Shown here: one piece after another, positions 29,216 through 37,870 of the stretch | Layout of the letters: each line of letters starts with the position of its first letter | How positions within the stretch are numbered: the stretch's first letter is position 1 | From: a virus | Direction: 5' to 3' (one strand) | Length of the DNA stretch: 64,000 bases | IMG/VR virus record: IMGVR_UViG_2667528172_000003 | Coordinates: 212-64,211 of that record | The notes under the pieces: generated by a model | Database searches by the model: none | What the model saw: the letters and a program-made list of their open reading frames with translations, nothing else | Told to the model about the DNA's origin: nothing | Program-made: the position numbers and the translations under genes

Positions 29216-29549
29216 AGATGACTCTTGCTTTTGGCGACAATGCTGATAAAGATATCATTGTGCCCGAAAATGCGGAGTAGATTAGAGGGAAGATAAAGGC
29301 GTCGGAATTCCTGAGCGGATTATCTAAATCGAAGAGGATTACAACAAAAAAAGCACTGGTTGCAAATGTAGCAGACGAGAACAACTCGTTCATTTTGTAC
29401 TGCAAATTTTCAAGTGCAAAAGGTGGTGTTTTCTTTGAAATGGCATCCCAAATTAAATGAACTATGAAATACCCAGCGCACAAATAGAAGTAGAAGTGCG
29501 TCAGTTGCTGGGTATTTTTTGGTATATACCAGTGTATCTCTGGCTGCAA
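29214..29549 (-). CDS. Small membrane protein (111 aa, ~3 TM)
   Basis: Hydrophobic segments; TTG start 1 nt after upstream stop; exact start uncertain. Confidence 0.55.
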   Translation of the reverse strand: MQPEIHWYIPKNTQQLTHFYFYLCAGYFIVHLIWDAISKKTPPFALENLQYKMNELFSSATFATSAFFVVILFDLDNPLRNSDAFIFPLIYSAFSGTMISLSALSPKARVI

Positions 29550-29550
29550 C

Positions 29551-29739
29551 TTAGTTCACCAGCTTTTTCTTGATGTAAAGGCCGGAGAATGCCGCTGCAC
29601 CAACGCCAGCCATTGTCAATGCAAGCGTGGTAGAAACCGTCAGCGCAGGGATCGCGATAGACACGCCACCAGTGACGGCAAATCCAGTGCCAGCACCGGC
29701 AAGGATGGATTTGATTAGTGTAATAATGTTCAGTTCCAT
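29551..29739 (-). CDS. Gly/Ala-rich hydrophobic peptide (62 aa)
   Basis: AGGAGG RBS; GAGTG, TGGVS, AGVGAAAFSG small-residue motifs; KKK tail. Confidence 0.75.
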   Translation of the reverse strand: MELNIITLIKSILAGAGTGFAVTGGVSIAIPALTVSTTLALTMAGVGAAAFSGLYIKKKLVN

Positions 29740-29809
29740 TTTGTCCTCCTGGCAAATCTTTCGTTTACCCGTGAGGTAATATTACATCACTAATACGTGA
29801 TATCCAATT

Positions 29810-29838
29810 ATTTTATAGCCGCATTGCCCTTTAAACAA
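29810..29838 (-). promoter_or_regulatory. Putative sigma70 promoter of the peptide moron
   Basis: TTGTTT-N17-TAAAAT. Confidence 0.5.
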
Positions 29839-29920
29839 AGGCACTTCCTTGTGCCATCAGCATCAAAGCTAAGCTGTGATTTTGAGAATGTGCTTATTCG
29901 CAGCGACCAAATTTAGGCAT

Positions 29921-30009
29921 AAAAAAACCCGCTCGGAGGCGGGTTTGATTTCGTGCAGGCGCAATAACCTACGATTTGAAGCATACATGACAAGTTCGGA
30001 CAAAATCAA
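29921..30009 (-). promoter_or_regulatory. Late promoter pR' and terminator tR'
   Basis: TTGATT-N18-TATGCT (29980-30009) just after Q, then AAACCCGC/GCGGGTTT hairpin + T-run (29921-29946). Confidence 0.65.
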
Positions 30010-30028
30010 GCTTAAAGTCGCTAATATG

Positions 30029-30832
30029 CTAAATTTTGTTCGCATCATCACGAAAGGTCGTTGCGTCCTGAAACGCCGAGTCTGCTTTTTGTTCTTCCCT
30101 GTGGCAGACATCAACAAGCACCTCAAGAAACGGTTTCCAGTTACGGGTCCATGTTCTGACGTGCAGATCCGGGACTCGCTTCAGTATCGCTTTATAGGCT
30201 GCAGTAGACGGCACCCCAGAAAATCCGTTTCCGCTGCAGCGCTCGCAGGTTTTAAACACCGGCGCGCCGCGCTCGCTTGTGGCTTTGCGGTCGAGCACCT
30301 CACCTTTGCCGCCACAACGGCATCGGGCCAGCAGCTCACCTTTACCGTTACATGCCGCGCATTTACGCTTGACCAGTTCGTGCTTGCTTTTCGGCGGTAC
30401 GATTTCCATTCCGTCAGAGTTGAAGACTCCAGGATGTTTGATCACATCCTCATACTGAGAGGTTAATCCGCTGCCGCTGCAGCTGTGACACGTCACGCTG
30501 GTTTCAGCTGAACGGGAGTATTCGGCAAAGGCGAATTTTGCGAGCACCAGCATGCACCAACCAAACTCTCCTGCAGCTGCTTTACGTACATTCCTGGGCG
30601 CTGATTCCATTGCATGACGCGCCAGAGCCTGTACAGCCAGCTGCTCCTCGCTTTTGCTGATCCCGGTCTTACCAAAGAAGGCAGCCAGACCAAACCGCGC
30701 GCGGCTGCTGGTGGTACCAATGGCCGCCATAACATCGGTGCCGGTGAGACGATCCGGAGAGGTTCCTTTCACGTCGTCGCTGATGTGCATCCCCTGAGGG
30801 CTGAAGTGTTTAAGTGAAGCTTCCAGTTTCAT
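30029..30832 (-). CDS. Q: Antitermination protein Q (Zn-finger, Qin QuuQ-type)
   Basis: LKHFSP, LTGTDVMAA.G, CxxCxGxG repeats; upstream of lysis genes. Confidence 0.88.
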   Translation of the reverse strand: MKLEASLKHFSPQGMHISDDVKGTSPDRLTGTDVMAAIGTTSSRARFGLAAFFGKTGISKSEEQLAVQALARHAMESAPRNVRKAAAGEFGWCMLVLAKFAFAEYSRSAETSVTCHSCSGSGLTSQYEDVIKHPGVFNSDGMEIVPPKSKHELVKRKCAACNGKGELLARCRCGGKGEVLDRKATSERGAPVFKTCERCSGNGFSGVPSTAAYKAILKRVPDLHVRTWTRNWKPFLEVLVDVCHREEQKADSAFQDATTFRDDANKI

Positions 30833-31806
30833 GCGGCCACCTGCTGCTTTTTATAGAATACCAACTCACGAACCTGATCGCCGTTCATGAGCATGTCGTT
30901 AAAGTCCCCGTTATCCGGGTAGTAGATGCTGATTTTTTCCAGGTCATTTTTTGCCAGTAAGTTGGCATGGGCACATTCCGTGGCCGCAGCCAATCCGGTG
31001 GCGCTGTTTACGTCTCGATCTGCGAAAATAATCAAATTCTTCACACCTGCAGGAACACGGAATTTCTTCATGAATCCGCTGGTCATGGTGGCCCAGGTGT
31101 TAACGTTGTACAGCTGCTTGCAGGAAAGAGCCGTTTCGATACCCTCGGCAATTCCGAGGGTCGTCGCTACCGGGAACATGCGAATAGCGACAGAACGTGC
31201 ATGATCCAGATAGCTTTCGTCCTGAAGAGATTTCTGGCGCTTCGCTCCGGCAGAATCCCTTAGTTGCGCTTTCCGATTACCGTCCAGCAAGGTTCTGTGC
31301 AGATAGCAAAGCTCGCCTTTATCGTCAGTTGCGAGTGAATACAGACACTGGTAAACCTTACCGCCGTAGCGTTGTTTATCATTGAACTTCACCGCCTCTT
31401 GTGGGAGCTGATAAATACCCCTGGCCTGCAGATAATCCGCCCCGGTAGTTCCTTTCAGGTTGACCAGTTTCGAAAATTTGGACAGAACCCGATCACGGGC
31501 GCTTACTGCATCTGAAGTGCGCGGGAACGCTTCGCGGGTAAAGTTGTTACCAATCAGCTGGTCTATTTCCCTGCAAATTTCATTGAATGGCTTCCCTTGT
31601 GTCAGAGTGACAAGCTTCATTCCGTCACCGCTGCCGCAGGTACAGATCCATGTTCCCCGGCCATCCCGATCATCAATACGCAGCTTTCCCCGCGCACCAC
31701 ATACCGGACATTCGCCTTTAAAATGATTTCTGGCATTAATGGGAGGTAACCCGAAGTGCTCAAAAATCATTGCCCATTGACCTTTTGCCGCTTCTGCCGT
31801 CTTCAT
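30829..31806 (-). CDS. Primase: Zn-binding domain + TOPRIM
   Basis: CPVCG...D..G.GTWIC.CG.GDG; GIAEGIETALS; IIFADRD; DFND. Confidence 0.88.
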   Translation of the reverse strand: MKTAEAAKGQWAMIFEHFGLPPINARNHFKGECPVCGARGKLRIDDRDGRGTWICTCGSGDGMKLVTLTQGKPFNEICREIDQLIGNNFTREAFPRTSDAVSARDRVLSKFSKLVNLKGTTGADYLQARGIYQLPQEAVKFNDKQRYGGKVYQCLYSLATDDKGELCYLHRTLLDGNRKAQLRDSAGAKRQKSLQDESYLDHARSVAIRMFPVATTLGIAEGIETALSCKQLYNVNTWATMTSGFMKKFRVPAGVKNLIIFADRDVNSATGLAAATECAHANLLAKNDLEKISIYYPDNGDFNDMLMNGDQVRELVFYKKQQVAA

Positions 31807-33419
31807 GCTCGTTTTCCTAACTGCTGTTTGATATCGCTAATCGCTTTCTGTGCTTGTAGTACTGAGGATGGGGCAACCGTGCCTGATGCCTCCTGCAGGC
31901 GCTTGGCCTTCTCCTGCCCTTTCGCATACGCAATCAATTTGTGCCGGATGAAATTAGAGACGGTCGGCGTGATCTCCATCGGGAAATCGCTCAACCCGTT
32001 AGGCCACTCGTCAAACCGTTCTCGAAAGGTATTTGCACACCAGCCATCGCTGACGGGCTTTTTCCCCTGCGATACGCGCTGGCGCTGATAGAATTTGATC
32101 TGACTCCACCAGGCCTGTTTCTCTGCCTTAGTGGGCTGATGCTGGTTTTTACCCAGCTTTTTGAGTTTGCGGCCGGCGTCGGTATCGACGTCCTCACCCC
32201 CCAGCGGCTTATGCCCACATTTCGGGCATACATAGACGCCAGCTGGCTTCATGTAATGGCATTGAGAGCATTCGTGTGGCAGCTTTTCGGCCCGTTCCTC
32301 AACTGCGCGGCGCGCGCTTTCCTCCATGCCGTCAGATTTACCGGGAAGATCGTCGTACTCGATTGAATCCGGATAACCCAAACGGTGTACGGTGCCGCTG
32401 TGATCGAAGATGAGGCAGGACTCTTTACCCGGTGCAGTGCGCAGGCCACGCCCGAGCGCCTGCAACCAGCGAATTTCGCTTTTAGTTGGCCTGGCGTAGA
32501 TGATGCAACGAACGTCACTATCGAAGCCGGCCACCAGAACGCCCACACTAACGATGATTTTCGTTGCACCGGTTTCAAAGCGGTGAATGATGGTCTGGCG
32601 CTCATCCACTGGAGTGTCGGCGGTCATGACCTCAGCATTAACACCCGCCAGGTTAAACTGGACTGTCAGGTAATTGGCGTGGGCTACGTTGACGCAGAAA
32701 GCGATGGTAGGCAGATCCCGGCCATTCTCCAGCCAGTTCTGTACGATGTCGCCCACCAGCGTAGAGCCGCACATGATTTCAGCCAGCTGCGTTTCGTTGT
32801 AATCGCTGCCGTACTCAAGCGATGCTTTGGTTTTAACACCTTTCAGATCCGGCTTAGTTGGCGCGTAAAATTCGTATTTACTCAGATCGCCACGCTGGAT
32901 TAACTCGCCGATGGTGGTCGGCTTAATCAGTCGGTCATAGTATTTGCCCAGGAACGGGGAAAACGGAGTACCCGACAGGCCAATCACCTTTACGCCTTTG
33001 CCGCGCAGACGTTCGATATCCTTCAGGATGCGTTTTTTACGCAGGTGTGCTTCGTCGATAATCAGCAGATCGATATTTTCAGGAAAAACACGACGAATAA
33101 GCGTGTCGGCGCTGGCAATCTGAATTTTCCGGTCCGGATCATAGTTCGGGTGATCTGCCCAGATATAACCGATTTCATCCCCCGGCAACCCATACTCCAC
33201 GAACCGATTAGCCGTCTGACCGATCAGTATGGTGTAAGGTGCACAGAACAGGACGCGCATACCACGGCTGACAAACCCGGCGACGATGAAGGCGGCCAAA
33301 CCCGTTTTACCGCTACCGGTTGGCGAGTACACCATGAAGGTGTCGTTTGCCTTCCATTCACGGCGCAACATGTTTAGCGCTCGTTCCTGTGCAAAATTCG
33401 GCGTGATCGTCAGCTCCAT
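31803..33419 (-). CDS. SF2 DEAD/DEAH-box helicase with C-terminal Zn finger
   Basis: SPTGSGKT, IIDEAH, LSGTP, GFD, QALGRGLR, CxxC..CxxC. Confidence 0.92.
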   Translation of the reverse strand: MELTITPNFAQERALNMLRREWKANDTFMVYSPTGSGKTGLAAFIVAGFVSRGMRVLFCAPYTILIGQTANRFVEYGLPGDEIGYIWADHPNYDPDRKIQIASADTLIRRVFPENIDLLIIDEAHLRKKRILKDIERLRGKGVKVIGLSGTPFSPFLGKYYDRLIKPTTIGELIQRGDLSKYEFYAPTKPDLKGVKTKASLEYGSDYNETQLAEIMCGSTLVGDIVQNWLENGRDLPTIAFCVNVAHANYLTVQFNLAGVNAEVMTADTPVDERQTIIHRFETGATKIIVSVGVLVAGFDSDVRCIIYARPTKSEIRWLQALGRGLRTAPGKESCLIFDHSGTVHRLGYPDSIEYDDLPGKSDGMEESARRAVEERAEKLPHECSQCHYMKPAGVYVCPKCGHKPLGGEDVDTDAGRKLKKLGKNQHQPTKAEKQAWWSQIKFYQRQRVSQGKKPVSDGWCANTFRERFDEWPNGLSDFPMEITPTVSNFIRHKLIAYAKGQEKAKRLQEASGTVAPSSVLQAQKAISDIKQQLGKRA

Positions 33420-33469
33420 TGTGCTGCCCCCGTGCTGATGAGATAATAATTTTGTGATGTGGTTTTCAT
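33410..33469 (-). CDS. 19-aa leader ORF overlapping helicase start
   Basis: MKTTSQNYYLISTGAAQWS*, GAGGGG RBS, stop overlaps helicase 5' end. Confidence 0.45.
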   Translation of the reverse strand: MKTTSQNYYLISTGAAQWS

Positions 33470-33863
33470 GGATTCCCCCTCACATGGCTGGTGGCCTCCC
33501 CAAAGGCTGCCAGCCTCCCTTCTGATTCAGCTCCTCTGAAAAAATCACTCTTCCAGGAAGAACCCTTTTCGTTTCTCAGCGCCTAAGCGCTCTGTACAAC
33601 CTTTCTGATACGGGCGTTTTTTTAAATTGCGCCCTTAAGACAGAGATCTACTTAACCAATGGATCTCTCCTGTTGGAAAAGACCCTATTCCTACCCCTAC
33701 ACCCAATCCCCCCTTACCCCCCTTTCCCTCTTCCCCATAAAAACGTACTACTTACCTAGTACACATGAGGAATTGGGTCAGTTGGTTGCCAACCTGAACA
33801 GGCACCTTTAAGCCTGCTTCTGTTCGGGTACCTTTAAACCCGAAACAATGAGGAGCGCGATTG

Positions 33864-34151
33864 CTATCCAGCCAGGGGAGGTTCGGCGGTATATCCCTGT
33901 AAAGCTCTGCCTTGATTTCTCACAAACAGGCGAAGCCTTGTGTTTGCTTCATGCCTTGCCCGGTTCTCCTTGCGGTAGGAAACGGGTTCAGCCTCGAAAG
34001 TCTCCTGATACACAGCGGCATAACGCTGGATAGCTTTTTGTCGTGCAGTTGGTGTCAGACTTAGTAACTGCTGCTTAATCCACTCGGCATCAGCTTGTGA
34101 GTGGGTATCCGGCAGCAGTGCGTTATCGAAGTTGCTCTCCGGTATGTTCAT
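33864..34151 (-). CDS. Hypothetical protein downstream of cro (95 aa)
   Basis: Overlaps cro end; AEWIKQQLLSL...RHEANTRLR. Confidence 0.65.
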   Translation of the reverse strand: MNIPESNFDNALLPDTHSQADAEWIKQQLLSLTPTARQKAIQRYAAVYQETFEAEPVSYRKENRARHEANTRLRLFVRNQGRALQGYTAEPPLAG

Positions 34152-34347
34152 CGGAAAAAACCTCATCCAGACTGGTTTCATATCCGAGCTGCTTAAAGGC
34201 GCTCACAATGCGTTTCCCAACTTCAATATCTGGGATTCGACGACCAGTTTCGTAGTGGCTAACGGCCCCTTGAGAGCTAGCGATCAACGCTGCCAGCTCC
34301 CCCTGGGTCACTTTTGCTTTCAGCCTTAAGCTCTTAATACCGCTCAT
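34123..34347 (-). CDS. cro: Cro-like HTH protein
   Basis: 74 aa XRE-type HTH (VTQGELAALIASSQGAVSHYETGRRIP); divergent from cI. Confidence 0.85.
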   Translation of the reverse strand: MSGIKSLRLKAKVTQGELAALIASSQGAVSHYETGRRIPDIEVGKRIVSAFKQLGYETSLDEVFSDEHTGEQLR

Positions 34348-34367
34348 TCGGATAGTTCCTATCTAAA

Positions 34368-34442
34368 TAATACATAACGTACTATACACACATAAAACAA
34401 TAATACAAAATGGAAGTTGCTCAAAAAATACGGATTGTAATA
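34368..34442. promoter_or_regulatory. Right operator region, 17-bp TAATAC-N5-GTATTA-type sites
   Basis: TAATAC-ATAAC-GTACTA (34368) and AAATAC-GGATT-GTAATA (34426); half-site TAATAC at 34401. Confidence 0.6.
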
Positions 34443-34451
34443 ATCATGGCT

Positions 34452-35114
34452 ATGAAACAGAGATGGCAGGACCTGGCCAAATCCAGGATGAAAGAAGTCG
34501 GAATGACTCAAGAACAGCTAGCTGAAGCACTCGGTATGACACAGGGTGGGCTAGGCCATTGGCTGAACGGAAGACGTGAACCTAACCTGGAGGTCATAGC
34601 AAAAATTTTTAAAATTCTACAAATGCCAGGTTTTGTGGTTGACGCTGACGGCGCAGTGAGCGACGCAAGAGCTGATCACAATGTGTCATTTCACGCCATG
34701 AATGAATCGAAAGGAAGCTACCCCGTAATCAGTTGGGTTAGCGCAGGGGATTGGATGGAAGCTGTGGAACCATATCATAAGCGCGCGATCGACCGCTGGT
34801 ATGATACAACCGTGGAATGTTCAGAAGATTCATTCTGGTTAGATGTCAGAGGGGATTCGATGACATCGCCAGCTGGGCTTAGCATTCCTGAAGGCATGGC
34901 TATACTGGTCGATCCTCAGGTTGAACCCATCAACGGAAAGTTAGTTGTCGCTAAGCTCGATGGGGATAACGAGGCCACTTTCAAAAAGCTAGTTATCGAT
35001 GCTGGTCAACGATTCCTCAAGCCGTTAAACCCTCAATACCCGATCATTCCCATTAATGGTAATTGCCGTATTATCGGCGTCGTGGTCGATGCAAAAATAA
35101 CCAACCTGCCATAG
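34452..35114 (+). CDS. cI: CI-like repressor (HTH + S24 autopeptidase)
   Basis: HTH MTQEQLAEALGMTQGGLGHWLNGRREP; VSAG cleavage site; GDSM and TFKK catalytic motifs; start could be 34446. Confidence 0.92.
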   Translation: MKQRWQDLAKSRMKEVGMTQEQLAEALGMTQGGLGHWLNGRREPNLEVIAKIFKILQMPGFVVDADGAVSDARADHNVSFHAMNESKGSYPVISWVSAGDWMEAVEPYHKRAIDRWYDTTVECSEDSFWLDVRGDSMTSPAGLSIPEGMAILVDPQVEPINGKLVVAKLDGDNEATFKKLVIDAGQRFLKPLNPQYPIIPINGNCRIIGVVVDAKITNLP

Positions 35115-35119
35115 TGCAC

Positions 35120-35142
35120 AAGCCGCGAAAGCGGCTTTTTTT
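35120..35142 (+). terminator. Terminator after cI
   Basis: AAGCCGC-GAAA-GCGGCTT-TTTTT. Confidence 0.85.
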
Positions 35143-35210
35143 ATCCCCTCCGTCACAAAAATAAACAAAAAAACCTTAACAAACATAGAGATAAAAATTA
35201 ATACTCAGAT

Positions 35211-35253
35211 TAATCCGTTTTGTATTGACGATTATTAATACGTTATGTATTGT
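35211..35253 (+). promoter_or_regulatory. pL-like promoter with two overlapping operators
   Basis: TTGACG-N17-TATTGT (35225-35253); TAATCC-N5-GTATTG (35211) and TAATAC-N5-GTATTG (35236). Confidence 0.75.
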
Positions 35254-35284
35254 TTAATCATCAACAAGCAAACGGAGCAGGAAG

Positions 35285-35500
35285 ATGAGCACTCAACAAT
35301 TGGTATCTGAAAATGGTCCCATCCATAAGCTAGCTATGGATATTGATCGCGTGGTAAACGTGCTTGAATATGCCGAATCTGACCCAGATACTGGCTATAA
35401 GCCAGCAGCCCTCATTCAAATTTGCATTAACCAATTAAAGAAAAATCTTTCAGTTATAAATCGCGAAATCGGGCATGACTGGCCGGAGAATAAACAATGA
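35285..35500 (+). CDS. Hypothetical early protein (71 aa)
   Basis: First gene after pL; AGGA RBS. Confidence 0.65.
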   Translation: MSTQQLVSENGPIHKLAMDIDRVVNVLEYAESDPDTGYKPAALIQICINQLKKNLSVINREIGHDWPENKQ

Positions 35501-35715
35501 TAACTGATACTGTAGTTCTCAATAAAGATGAAACAAGCTCTATGGTCATGAGTTGGGCGCATGATATAACTTGTTGTTCATCTTCATTATGGTTACTCCT
35601 TGAAAAAATGACCTCCGAGGAAGAAATAAGAGAACACACATTAATTACTTTAGTTGTAAAAACATTAGAAGAAGTAAACGAACAAATAAATAACTTCGAA
35701 ATTAAATCACTATAA
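35497..35715 (+). CDS. Hypothetical early protein (72 aa)
   Basis: ATGA-coupled to previous gene. Confidence 0.6.
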   Translation: MITDTVVLNKDETSSMVMSWAHDITCCSSSLWLLLEKMTSEEEIREHTLITLVVKTLEEVNEQINNFEIKSL

Positions 35716-35770
35716 ATAAAAACAATTAATAAAACACCTTAAATGGTGTGACCAAACTCACCCCGAGGAA

Positions 35771-36163
35771 ATGAAAATGCAAAATTCACTTTCTTTTAAC
35801 GAGCCAATTAAAACACCACAAATGCTGTTCGGTTCTGACAATATTAATGATTTTGGAAACAGAGTTAAAAGCTGCAGGATGGAAGGTGATTCAATGCAGC
35901 CGACTATCGAACCCTGTGAGGTTGTAGCTTTCGTTGATTGTGGAGGCCGCGTTCTTACCCCCGGCATCTATGTTTTTACGGGCGATTTTTTTGGCCGTAA
36001 CTGCCTCTTCATCAAGCGAATTGAACCCTTACCGGACGGGGCATTAAAGATTATTTCTGACAATTTCCATTACCAAACTTTCACTCTTAATTCTGGTGAG
36101 CAAAAAGATATGCGTATTCACGGAAGGGTTGTCGTTTCTTTAGCTGTGAGGCACTTCATATGA
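35771..36163 (+). CDS. Stand-alone S24 peptidase-domain protein (no HTH)
   Basis: MEGDSMQPTI, GIYVF, FIKRI, IISDN..Y, I.GRVV motifs; GAGG RBS. Confidence 0.8.
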   Translation: MKMQNSLSFNEPIKTPQMLFGSDNINDFGNRVKSCRMEGDSMQPTIEPCEVVAFVDCGGRVLTPGIYVFTGDFFGRNCLFIKRIEPLPDGALKIISDNFHYQTFTLNSGEQKDMRIHGRVVVSLAVRHFI

Positions 36164-36267
36164 CTTTCATCAAAGACAAAACGGCATATAGAACAGCGTG
36201 CCTTTATGCGGCGTGTGGTTACGAAGTAATCGCCAGGCTTTATCTTAAAAAAGCATATGGGAGGTAA
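36160..36267 (+). CDS. 35-aa small protein (not in ORF track)
   Basis: MTFIKDKTAYRTACLYAACGYEVIARLYLKKAYGR*, ATGA-coupled, supplies next gene's GGAGG RBS. Confidence 0.55.
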   Translation: MTFIKDKTAYRTACLYAACGYEVIARLYLKKAYGR

Positions 36268-36270
36268 ACA

Positions 36271-36495
36271 ATGCCAATTCAAGAACGCCAAGATATACAA
36301 GGCGTGAATGTTAAAGCTGAGCAGTTAAATGCCTTAATGCAAACAATTCACGCAAACCACGAACAATTTGACCGCCACCAACTGAATGGCCTTTTAGGTC
36401 TGGCTTATGACCTAGCCAGTTTAATTTATAGCTGGACAGAGAGGGAAGAAACAATCGTTTTAGCGAATGAAGATACGCAAATGGAGATTAAATAA
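36271..36495 (+). CDS. Hypothetical early protein (74 aa)
   Basis: GGAGG RBS; contiguous operon. Confidence 0.65.
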   Translation: MPIQERQDIQGVNVKAEQLNALMQTIHANHEQFDRHQLNGLLGLAYDLASLIYSWTEREETIVLANEDTQMEIK

Positions 36496-36861
36496 ATGGA
36501 TAACTTAATCACTACGTATCGCCGACGAATTTTAAAGGCTGCGTTATTACGCCACCAGCGTAAAACCGGAAGCGCCTGCATCATTATTAATATGCCTAAG
36601 GGGGGAATAAACACCGTCGAATTAACAGAAATACTGCTTGATGGTCTGTTGAGACGATTCGAAAAACTGGCTCTCAGTGAATACGGGAATATTGACGGCG
36701 TAAAAGCCATCAGAGGAATTTACAGCAACGCCGTAGATGTGAATGGCAGCGGTGAGTTCCTGACAGAAAGCGGAAAGGCATTAATCGACGATCTCATTGC
36801 TGAGCTGGTCGAGTTTGCCAAGAAACAAAAATCAGTCACAGCGGAGACAAGCCATGAGTGA
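36496..36861 (+). CDS. Hypothetical early protein (121 aa)
   Basis: Abuts previous stop; contiguous operon. Confidence 0.65.
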   Translation: MDNLITTYRRRILKAALLRHQRKTGSACIIINMPKGGINTVELTEILLDGLLRRFEKLALSEYGNIDGVKAIRGIYSNAVDVNGSGEFLTESGKALIDDLIAELVEFAKKQKSVTAETSHE

Positions 36862-37066
36862 TCAGACACCAATTATCACGCACGAACCAGTAAATATCGT
36901 GCTGACAATCGAGAACGGGAAAGTTATCCACGCGCGCCCGGTTCAGAACGGCGAGGTTACAGCATCGCTGGAGACTTTTTTATGGATGGCTGAACGCGCC
37001 GGTTACACGATCACCCCACCTGCAGGAGAGAAGGACAATGGCCCTGACAGCGATACGAATTCCTGA
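36854..37066 (+). CDS. Hypothetical early protein (70 aa)
   Basis: GGAG RBS, overlaps previous stop. Confidence 0.55.
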   Translation: MSDQTPIITHEPVNIVLTIENGKVIHARPVQNGEVTASLETFLWMAERAGYTITPPAGEKDNGPDSDTNS

Positions 37067-37259
37067 GTGGGTTCATCTGCATGCGGTCCATGTCCTCCTC
37101 CAGTTCAGAGCCAGGCGGATTCATACCTGCCGTATGCACGGCTCCGGAAACCTGAGCCTGAGGGTTAATCGCCGCTGGCGGCTGCTGTCCCGAGACGGCG
37201 GCCAGAACTGGGAAGTAATGAGCCATGAACGATACAGCAAACTGAAGGACAGAAAATGA
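37038..37259 (+). CDS. Small basic protein, possibly ParE/RelE-like fold
   Basis: SLRVNRRWRLLS..GG..W..MSHE.Y resembles RelE/ParE C-terminal strands; AAGGA RBS. Confidence 0.5.
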   Translation: MALTAIRIPEWVHLHAVHVLLQFRARRIHTCRMHGSGNLSLRVNRRWRLLSRDGGQNWEVMSHERYSKLKDRK

Positions 37260-37351
37260 AAGCATTTTTCCTTTCTCTGCTGTTTGGCCTGTTGCTGGTA
37301 GCCGTCGTGTTCGGCGCGCTGATTGAGTATAAATTTTTGATAGGTTTCTGA
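37256..37351 (+). CDS. 31-aa single-TM peptide (not in ORF track)
   Basis: MKAFFLSLLFGLLLVAVVFGALIEYKFLIGF*, ATGA-coupled. Confidence 0.55.
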   Translation: MKAFFLSLLFGLLLVAVVFGALIEYKFLIGF

Positions 37352-37359
37352 GGCATGCC

Positions 37360-37671
37360 ATGAAAAAAGGTACCACTGAAATTATTGAACGCTGGACCCG
37401 TTTAGCGGTGGAGGCCAAAGAGCTGGGGCTCACCACCATTCACATCGACCCGGAAAACATGTTGATGGTGCTGGGGGATCTGCCGGCCAGTTCGGCTGAA
37501 AAGTCAGCCGATTGCAAGAATGACTATCAGGATGCGATCGACATCTTGCGCGGCAGAGCTGCTCGCGAACTTGATGGTGGTTTTCGCGCTCATCACAACG
37601 CCCTGATTTATGCCGCTAATGAACTGGAAAATGCCCAGGCTTTCGGGCAGGAGGTCAGCCATGAGTCTTGA
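37360..37671 (+). CDS. Hypothetical (Ead-like region) protein, 103 aa
   Basis: GAGG RBS; position before xis. Confidence 0.55.
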   Translation: MKKGTTEIIERWTRLAVEAKELGLTTIHIDPENMLMVLGDLPASSAEKSADCKNDYQDAIDILRGRAARELDGGFRAHHNALIYAANELENAQAFGQEVSHES

Positions 37672-37870
37672 CTGTGTACCCCTTTCTACGTACTGCAGGG
37701 ACGCGGGGGAAACGGTAGAAGCCGTTAACAAACGGATACAAAGGGGGTTATGGAAGGAGGGCGTACATGTATTAAAAGTCGATGGCGTTAAAGAACGCTG
37801 GATTGACTTAACGGAGGTTTCGAAGTGGGCAAGAAAGAACAAGGATCATTATCTCTCCCAAGAGGAGTAA
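37661..37870 (+). CDS. xis: Excisionase
   Basis: 69 aa winged-helix type (YC...GET..AV.KRI.RG.W..G......G...WIDL..V.KW), GGAGG RBS, overlaps int start. Confidence 0.8.
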   Translation: MSLDCVPLSTYCRDAGETVEAVNKRIQRGLWKEGVHVLKVDGVKERWIDLTEVSKWARKNKDHYLSQEE

